From positions 1 to 64,000 of the forward strand of contig JAVRCV020000068.1 in NCBI GenBank assembly GCA_034530615.2: 64,000 nucleotides of DNA, given 5' to 3'. Shown in pieces: positions 58,415-64,000 of the stretch (position 1 is the first letter of the stretch; every line of letters starts with the position of its first letter). The position numbers and the translations under genes were made by a program. The DNA is from Aulosira sp. ZfuVER01 (GTDB lineage: Bacteria; Cyanobacteriota; Cyanobacteriia; Cyanobacteriales; Nostocaceae). The notes beneath the pieces are model-generated. The model did not search any database. It saw nothing but the letters and a program-made list of their open reading frames with translations, and was not told the origin of the DNA.

Positions 58415-58945
58415 TCATCCTGCCCACCTCGCACTCCGCAAAATTGCCATTTGATCGAGCAGTCGTAGACACTGATTTTTTTTAGCATCTAATAACCACT
58501 CACCGCGTAAAAAAGGAGCCATAGTATCTGGTACATGAGTTGGTAGCATTAGATGCTGTGCATCAAGCCAGTCCATGCCGCCGATTTCTTCTACCGCTAA
58601 ACCCACTATTGTGTCTTGTTCTTCGATAGCAATTACCGGAATTTCTGCTCGATCTGTGTTTAGCGCGGTTGCTTCCCCCAGAAATTGACCTAAATCAGCG
58701 ACCCAAATTACTCGACCTCGTAAATTTAGAGTACCCAAAAGTAAAGGAGAAGCATTAGGAATCGGAGTGATTCTATCTGGACTCAGTTCCATTACTTCTC
58801 GAATCCCAGTTGCAGGTAGTGCAAACTCCTGGTGCGAAGGAATGTAAAACCGCAAATGTAATTCACCTTCGGGACTTTCTACTTGTAATTCAGGACGGAA
58901 GTGGTCTTGACTACCACCACTTAAAAAGTCCGGTTTGCTGACCAT
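58415..58945 (-). CDS. hmpC: CheW-like protein
   Basis: [27 protein letters not shown] motif. Confidence 0.88.
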   Translation of the reverse strand: MVSKPDFLSGGSQDHFRPELQVESPEGELHLRFYIPSHQEFALPATGIREVMELSPDRITPIPNASPLLLGTLNLRGRVIWVADLGQFLGEATALNTDRAEIPVIAIEEQDTIVGLAVEEIGGMDWLDAQHLMLPTHVPDTMAPFLRGEWLLDAKKNQCLRLLDQMAILRSARWAG

Positions 58946-58958
58946 GTTATTTTCATCC

Positions 58959-59324
58959 TTATCCTCGCAGCAGTTGTTTGACTGTTCCCACCAACTCAGT
59001 TGGTTGAAATGGTTTGGCTATGTAAGCGTCTGCACCCTGCTTCATGCCCCAGTAGCGATCGAATTCTTCACCTTTAGAAGAACACATCACTACGGGGACA
59101 TTCTGGGTTTTCGGATCGGATTTTAACCGACGGCAAACTTCGTAGCCGTTCATCCGAGGCATGACAATATCCAAAACCACCAAATCAGGAGGTGCGCTTT
59201 GAATCGCCTCCAAAGCTTCTACTCCATCACTTGCATGGGTGACTGTTAGGCCACTTGCTTTCAGGAGGTCTGTAATCATCTCCCTTTGTGCGATACTGTC
59301 TTCCACAATCAGAACTGTACTCAT
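58959..59324 (-). CDS. hmpB: CheY/PilH-like response regulator
   Basis: VEDS, LDIVMP, CSSK and KPF motifs. AGGAGG SD. Confidence 0.9.
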   Translation of the reverse strand: MSTVLIVEDSIAQREMITDLLKASGLTVTHASDGVEALEAIQSAPPDLVVLDIVMPRMNGYEVCRRLKSDPKTQNVPVVMCSSKGEEFDRYWGMKQGADAYIAKPFQPTELVGTVKQLLRG

Positions 59325-59505
59325 AAATGCCTATCTACCTCCTGATGTAGACGTTCCCTTTGGAACATTCCCTGATTCCCCCGCAAGCATTTAGTGTATA
59401 AATTAATTCTATTCCTTGACTAATTTACTAGATAATAACTTTGTACTGGTTGTACTGGGGCTGGTTGATTCTGTGATAACATTTTTTACCCCATCTTTTA
59501 TCGAA

Positions 59506-60732
59506 TCAACAAGTCTTGTATCTTTTTTGTATGTCCTGGCGATAATCTATATTGATATATTTCTCTACGAGCATCAGTATCTCAGTATCTTTTAACGGTT
59601 TTGTCAAAAAATCTGTCGTCCCGACCATCCTAGCTTTGACTCGATCGATAAATCTATCTTGACCATTTAGCAAAATAATGGGCACCAGCGCAAATGCTGA
59701 TGACTGTCGCATCATGGCACAAATCTCATATCCATCTAATTCCGGCATGGTGATGTCGCAGAAGATCATATCTGGCTTGAGTTGAAAAACGAGACTGAGG
59801 AACTCTAAAGGATTAGTTAAAGTTAACACTTCATATCCTTTTGGCAGCAAAATCGACTCTATAGTTTCGCCAATGGACTTTGATTGCTGAATACTGATGA
59901 TTTGCACCCCGCCGTTGATGTCTATTTCCGAATTTTCTCTATCTACCTCATAACTACAAGTATTTGAATATACTAATTGCAACCAGCCCTGTTGCACATA
60001 GGGGTATATGGCCTTGGCGACTGTGAAAATATCTCGATTGAGATAGCGTGCTAGTTGACGCAGGGATGTCTTACCGTCCGCCCAATGCTTTAGCTTATTA
60101 ACTGTTTCTGCTGGTAAAGAGGAATGTAATTGAACTCCGTCAGAAAGCATTGGCACTTGATCGGGAGACTGGATATACGGATACAGTTGTCGCCAGTCTT
60201 GCAGTTGCTTGACAATTTTTGTTACTAGAGGCGTAATCTCCCAGGTGGTTAATTGCGGGGTAAGTGCTGGACTCTGATGAAAAATGAAGCTACCTTCATG
60301 CAAACTTAGTAAATCAAACAGAGTTTCATATACAAGACCATGCATGATATTACGAGCTACCTTTGGGCTAATCATATTCTGCTCTAAGAGTGCCCAGAGA
60401 TAGCTATATTCTGCTACATTCACTGAGTCTAGGGAGGCTGGTTGTATATCGTCAAGCTGCATCTCGACTCGGTAATGACGTAAATAATCATCAATCCTAG
60501 ATAAACTACCATCTCCTTGTTGGCAATAAATAATCTGGCCATGAAGGAAAAAGACGAACCAATACTGTTGTGGTTGGTAGATTAACCAATGGTGATGTGT
60601 GTTAACCTCTCTACTAATTTTGTTGTTATTGCGAAATTTATGGGCTTTCACCAACAATTGACCAGTTCGCTGCCCCCACTCAATCAATTGCAGGATACTA
60701 GGAATATCAATTTCATTTAAATTTCCCTGCAT
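59506..60732 (-). CDS. hmpA: PatA-family response regulator (PATAN + REC)
   Basis: MQGNLNEIDIPSILQLIE..QRTG PATAN start and a C-terminal receiver CDITMP...TKP. Confidence 0.85.
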   Translation of the reverse strand: MQGNLNEIDIPSILQLIEWGQRTGQLLVKAHKFRNNNKISREVNTHHHWLIYQPQQYWFVFFLHGQIIYCQQGDGSLSRIDDYLRHYRVEMQLDDIQPASLDSVNVAEYSYLWALLEQNMISPKVARNIMHGLVYETLFDLLSLHEGSFIFHQSPALTPQLTTWEITPLVTKIVKQLQDWRQLYPYIQSPDQVPMLSDGVQLHSSLPAETVNKLKHWADGKTSLRQLARYLNRDIFTVAKAIYPYVQQGWLQLVYSNTCSYEVDRENSEIDINGGVQIISIQQSKSIGETIESILLPKGYEVLTLTNPLEFLSLVFQLKPDMIFCDITMPELDGYEICAMMRQSSAFALVPIILLNGQDRFIDRVKARMVGTTDFLTKPLKDTEILMLVEKYINIDYRQDIQKRYKTC

Positions 60733-61287
60733 TTAGGTAAAAGGTACTCCTTGCGATCCTGTTTACGTTCTTTGTTAAGTTTGCCCAGTAATTTTTTATG
60801 TTTAACTAGTGTAAGCAGGTAATTTGACTTACTTGAGGCTGTAATACACAAATTGCAGGGTAAAAGTGACCATCAAGTAGAAAGTAGCAGTTATTGCTGA
60901 GGAGATGGCAATAATACTGCTGATTTCACCAGTTTTTTCAACTTTTTCCGCCACGTTGCACTAGGAGAATAAGCTATTGGGCATAAAGAAAATTACTACC
61001 TGCACAATATCTTTGGCGATCGCATACGTTAAGCAATCTTCCTTAATTTTTCGTAATAGACTTTGACAAAGCTAGTGATCACACGGTAGCCATCATTATT
61101 GCTATCAGCACAGAATATAAAGGCGCGATTCACACGCATCTATATGTATCAAGGCATGAAATCTCATGTCTATAAATAGTTTTGTTTGTCTTGTTTTCCC
61201 TAGCTGGAGTGAAATCAGACACTTTAACAAAAATATCTAAGATATAACGCAAATCATAGACATTAAGTACACAAAAGGACTAACGGT

Positions 61288-63063
61288 GTGCTGTATTTAG
61301 CAGAAGTACAAAAGCAAAAAGGCAACTTACTCACTACTAATTTACTCAGTAGTAGTTCTAAAACCGAATTGAAACTCCTGGCTTGTCAGCGAACCGACCA
61401 GAATTGGAGTACTGTGTCGGAAGATGTGATTGTGGCTGAGGAAGCAAATAAATTAAATGATGGCGCGCTCGTGCTGGTAGAACTGACTCCCAATCGTCAA
61501 GTGCAGCGGATTCAAGAGGCTGGGCGGCCGCTAGTTAATATATTGCAGAATTTTTCTCGCCAGTTGGAAAAATTTAAGCTGAAAGAAGACGAGATTGACC
61601 AGTGGAAACAATCGTTAACATTTCAGGCGCAAGAATTGAATCGCCGCGAAATGGAAATGGAAGTCCGCTTGGAACAGTTGCAACAAATGGAAGATGAATT
61701 CCATCAACTGGAGGCGCAAAAAGAGGAATTTGAAAATTCCCGTACAGAGATTGACAAATTGCAACAAGAAATAGAGCGCAATCGCCAGGAATTAGAAGGA
61801 GCCTGGGAGCATTTGCGCGGTGAGCAGCGGCGTTTGGAGGAGTTGCAAGCAGATCATCAGCAGGGTAAGGGTTTAGATGAAGAGCAAAGTCGAGTAATAA
61901 GTGAATTACTCGATCGCTTGTCTAGTCGCGTTGATCCTACAGAAACAGTGCGCGAACACCTAAATTTTGCTTTTGAGTTAGTTGAAAAGCAGCAAGCTAC
62001 CCTAAATCAATACTGGGAAAAACTAGAGGAGCAAAAAACTGTAGCTACTCAACAGCAAGAGGAAGTTGACAGCCTCGCACAAACTTTTAGCGATCGCCAA
62101 AATACCTGGGAAGAGGCACAAAATTCTTTTCATCAACGTAGCGCTGAGTTAAAAGTAAATACGGCAGTTCTGACTAGCAAGCGAGAATATGCTCAAATCT
62201 TAAAAGAACAATTGCGAAATCAAGAAGAGTTATATCAACAGATTCAGTCCTTGGCTGCAACATCGGGAGATGGAATTCCTGGGCAAAAAGTAGATGTGAA
62301 AGCTTTAGAGAATATGCCCTTAGATGAACTGCAAAAAGTGGTACAAGATTTGCAGGAGAAGTTGAACATAGACTCTAGCTTTGTCCACGATCAAGAACAA
62401 GAACTGATATATAAGCAAGAAGCCATAGATGAACTACAAAATAAGATTAATCAAGCATCTGACCAGGATGTGATTAATCTAGAAATGGAACTGGCAGAGG
62501 AAAAAGACCTTTACCAGATGTTAAACCAAAGTTTGGTAGGGCAACGCCGTAATTTGCTACAGCGGCAGAAGTTAATCAAGCAACATCAATCTGTACTCCT
62601 CAAGCGACAAGGACAGACTGTTGCTGATGAACCAGAAGAGAATGCAATTGATTTAGGGCCGATTCTTTTGCAAACTGAAAACCAGCGACAACAACAGTCT
62701 CAAGAATTGCAAAAGCTGGAACGTGAGATTGAGCAGATACAAGCTGGTATTGACCTAGCACAAGGGATGATTGAAAATCAAAGCCACGATTTAGAAGAGA
62801 AACGCCAAGAACTGAAAACAATGGAGGACAACTTACTGTCCCTCAGAACAACAACTACTGAATGCTGGGGTCGAGTTAATCTCTATCAAGAGACACTACA
62901 ACCAATTCAAGATTGTTTGGATGGTTTACGGCAGAAATTGCAAGGTATGGTTGACTCTTTAGCTCAAGTTCAAGAAACTGGCGATCATCAACTCCAGGCT
63001 ATTGCTCAAATGCGCCATACTCTGCTGGATCTCATATCTCAGCCAGAATTAGTAGCATCATGA
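61288..63063 (+). CDS. hmpF: Pilus motility taxis coiled-coil protein HmpF
   Basis: MLYLAEVQKQ..ELKLLACQ..DQNW and EIDQWKQSLTFQAQELNRRE. Long coiled coil, divergent from hmpA. Confidence 0.9.
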   Translation: MLYLAEVQKQKGNLLTTNLLSSSSKTELKLLACQRTDQNWSTVSEDVIVAEEANKLNDGALVLVELTPNRQVQRIQEAGRPLVNILQNFSRQLEKFKLKEDEIDQWKQSLTFQAQELNRREMEMEVRLEQLQQMEDEFHQLEAQKEEFENSRTEIDKLQQEIERNRQELEGAWEHLRGEQRRLEELQADHQQGKGLDEEQSRVISELLDRLSSRVDPTETVREHLNFAFELVEKQQATLNQYWEKLEEQKTVATQQQEEVDSLAQTFSDRQNTWEEAQNSFHQRSAELKVNTAVLTSKREYAQILKEQLRNQEELYQQIQSLAATSGDGIPGQKVDVKALENMPLDELQKVVQDLQEKLNIDSSFVHDQEQELIYKQEAIDELQNKINQASDQDVINLEMELAEEKDLYQMLNQSLVGQRRNLLQRQKLIKQHQSVLLKRQGQTVADEPEENAIDLGPILLQTENQRQQQSQELQKLEREIEQIQAGIDLAQGMIENQSHDLEEKRQELKTMEDNLLSLRTTTTECWGRVNLYQETLQPIQDCLDGLRQKLQGMVDSLAQVQETGDHQLQAIAQMRHTLLDLISQPELVAS

Positions 63064-63100
63064 AAAGGATAAAGTCTGAAGGCTGAAGTGTTTTCATCCT

Positions 63101-64000
63101 TCAGACTTCACTCTTGATGTAGATCCAATCACCTTGCACTTGAGCGATCGCACCGCCAGGAAAGGGATCGGTTTGCGAACGATTGGGTGCTGTAATTAAA
63201 TTAGTTAATTTCTCGATGTGTTCAAAACTTGGCGCATCAGGAAGTATTTCTTGTAGGACTTGACGTATAACACGACGTTGCAATGCTAGCGGTGCTGTCT
63301 GCAATATGCGACGATTTAGCTTTAAGGGTAAATCAGCCGAAACATTCTCTTGGTTTCCCCCACTAATTGCTTCTTCCCTCAACTTATGAGCAGCTGTCTC
63401 TAAATATTCCACTTCTGCTTGGAGAAGTTCCGCTGTTTGGGCTAAAGCCGATTCTACTTTGGGGTTAAAATTTTTTTGCAGATATGGAATTAACTCTTGG
63501 CGGATGCGGTTACGGGCGTATTGCACATCTTGATTTGTGGAATCTTCCCAAATTGGTAGATGGAAATCATCGCAAAACTGCTTTGTTTGTGTACGAGTAA
63601 TTTCTAAAAGTGGACGTACTAAGGTAATGTCTACAGTTAGTGGGCGTTGCCAAGTCATAGCTTGCAAACCATCAGCCCCCGTACCGCGCATTAAATTATA
63701 TAGAAGAGTCTCGGCGCGATCGCTAGCTGTGTGTCCTGTGACAATACAGTGGTAATGATTTCCCTGAACGATCGCACTTAAAGCTTGATACCGCCAAGTA
63801 CGTGCAGCAGCTTCACTAGTTAAGGGTTGCGTAGCAGTTTCTAAATAAAATGATATATTCCAGCTTTTAGCTAATTGTTCTACATGGATCGCATTAGCTT
63901 GGGAGTCAGTACGCCAGCGATGATCGCAGTGAGCAATACCTAAATGCCATCCCCATTTTGATTGCAAATCTAAGAGTAATTTTACCAGACACAAAGAATC
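63101..64000 (-). CDS. tilS: tRNA(Ile)-lysidine synthetase (5' end outside the window)
   Basis: HCDHRWR, EAAARTWRY, TGHTASDRAET, RPLL, DSTN and RNRIR motifs. The frame runs off the window within the SGGQDS motif. Confidence 0.95.
   Translation of the reverse strand, partial: DSLCLVKLLLDLQSKWGWHLGIAHCDHRWRTDSQANAIHVEQLAKSWNISFYLETATQPLTSEAAARTWRYQALSAIVQGNHYHCIVTGHTASDRAETLLYNLMRGTGADGLQAMTWQRPLTVDITLVRPLLEITRTQTKQFCDDFHLPIWEDSTNQDVQYARNRIRQELIPYLQKNFNPKVESALAQTAELLQAEVEYLETAAHKLREEAISGGNQENVSADLPLKLNRRILQTAPLALQRRVIRQVLQEILPDAPSFEHIEKLTNLITAPNRSQTDPFPGGAIAQVQGDWIYIKSEV

Noticed and set aside
59340..59420. Repeated GGGAA motifs upstream of hmpB as a possible SigJ promoter
   Set aside because: None matches the extended GGGAATACT-type motif well enough without TSS data.

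Overview
A roughly 40% GC chromosomal segment from a filamentous heterocyst-forming cyanobacterium (Nostocales). This is inferred from abundant HIP1 octamers (GCGATCGC), heptamer STRR repeats and a complete hmp motility locus. Housekeeping and known genes include a glucose 1-dehydrogenase-like SDR, a gluconolactonase, corA, ppk1, a CYTH protein, a SynDLP-type dynamin, an RsmB/F methyltransferase, sppA, fni, a His-tailed ferrochelatase paralogue, ilvB, mgtE, a prolyl oligopeptidase, hmpABCDE/hmpF and tilS (cut by the window end). The most notable region is a compact contractile injection system tail operon (7043-13983, minus strand): cap, sheath, two tube genes and two tail-assembly chaperones. 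It includes an unannotated, start-less DUF6760-like frame apparently reachable only by a -1 ribosomal frameshift at C-GGGGG-AG. The stop of that frame overlaps the ATG of an FHA / acidic-repeat / degenerate methylglyoxal-synthase-fold protein, which sits where a tape-measure gene normally lies. Other notable items are a divergent envelope locus (tandem beta-barrel protein, SLH-barrel protein, secreted protein), a candidate structured leader in front of mgtE, a nested in-frame palindromic element in the oligopeptidase, a modA remnant, an orphan double-glycine peptide and several miniature mobile repeats. No rRNA, tRNA or CRISPR array was seen. All family assignments come from motif recognition, not database searches.
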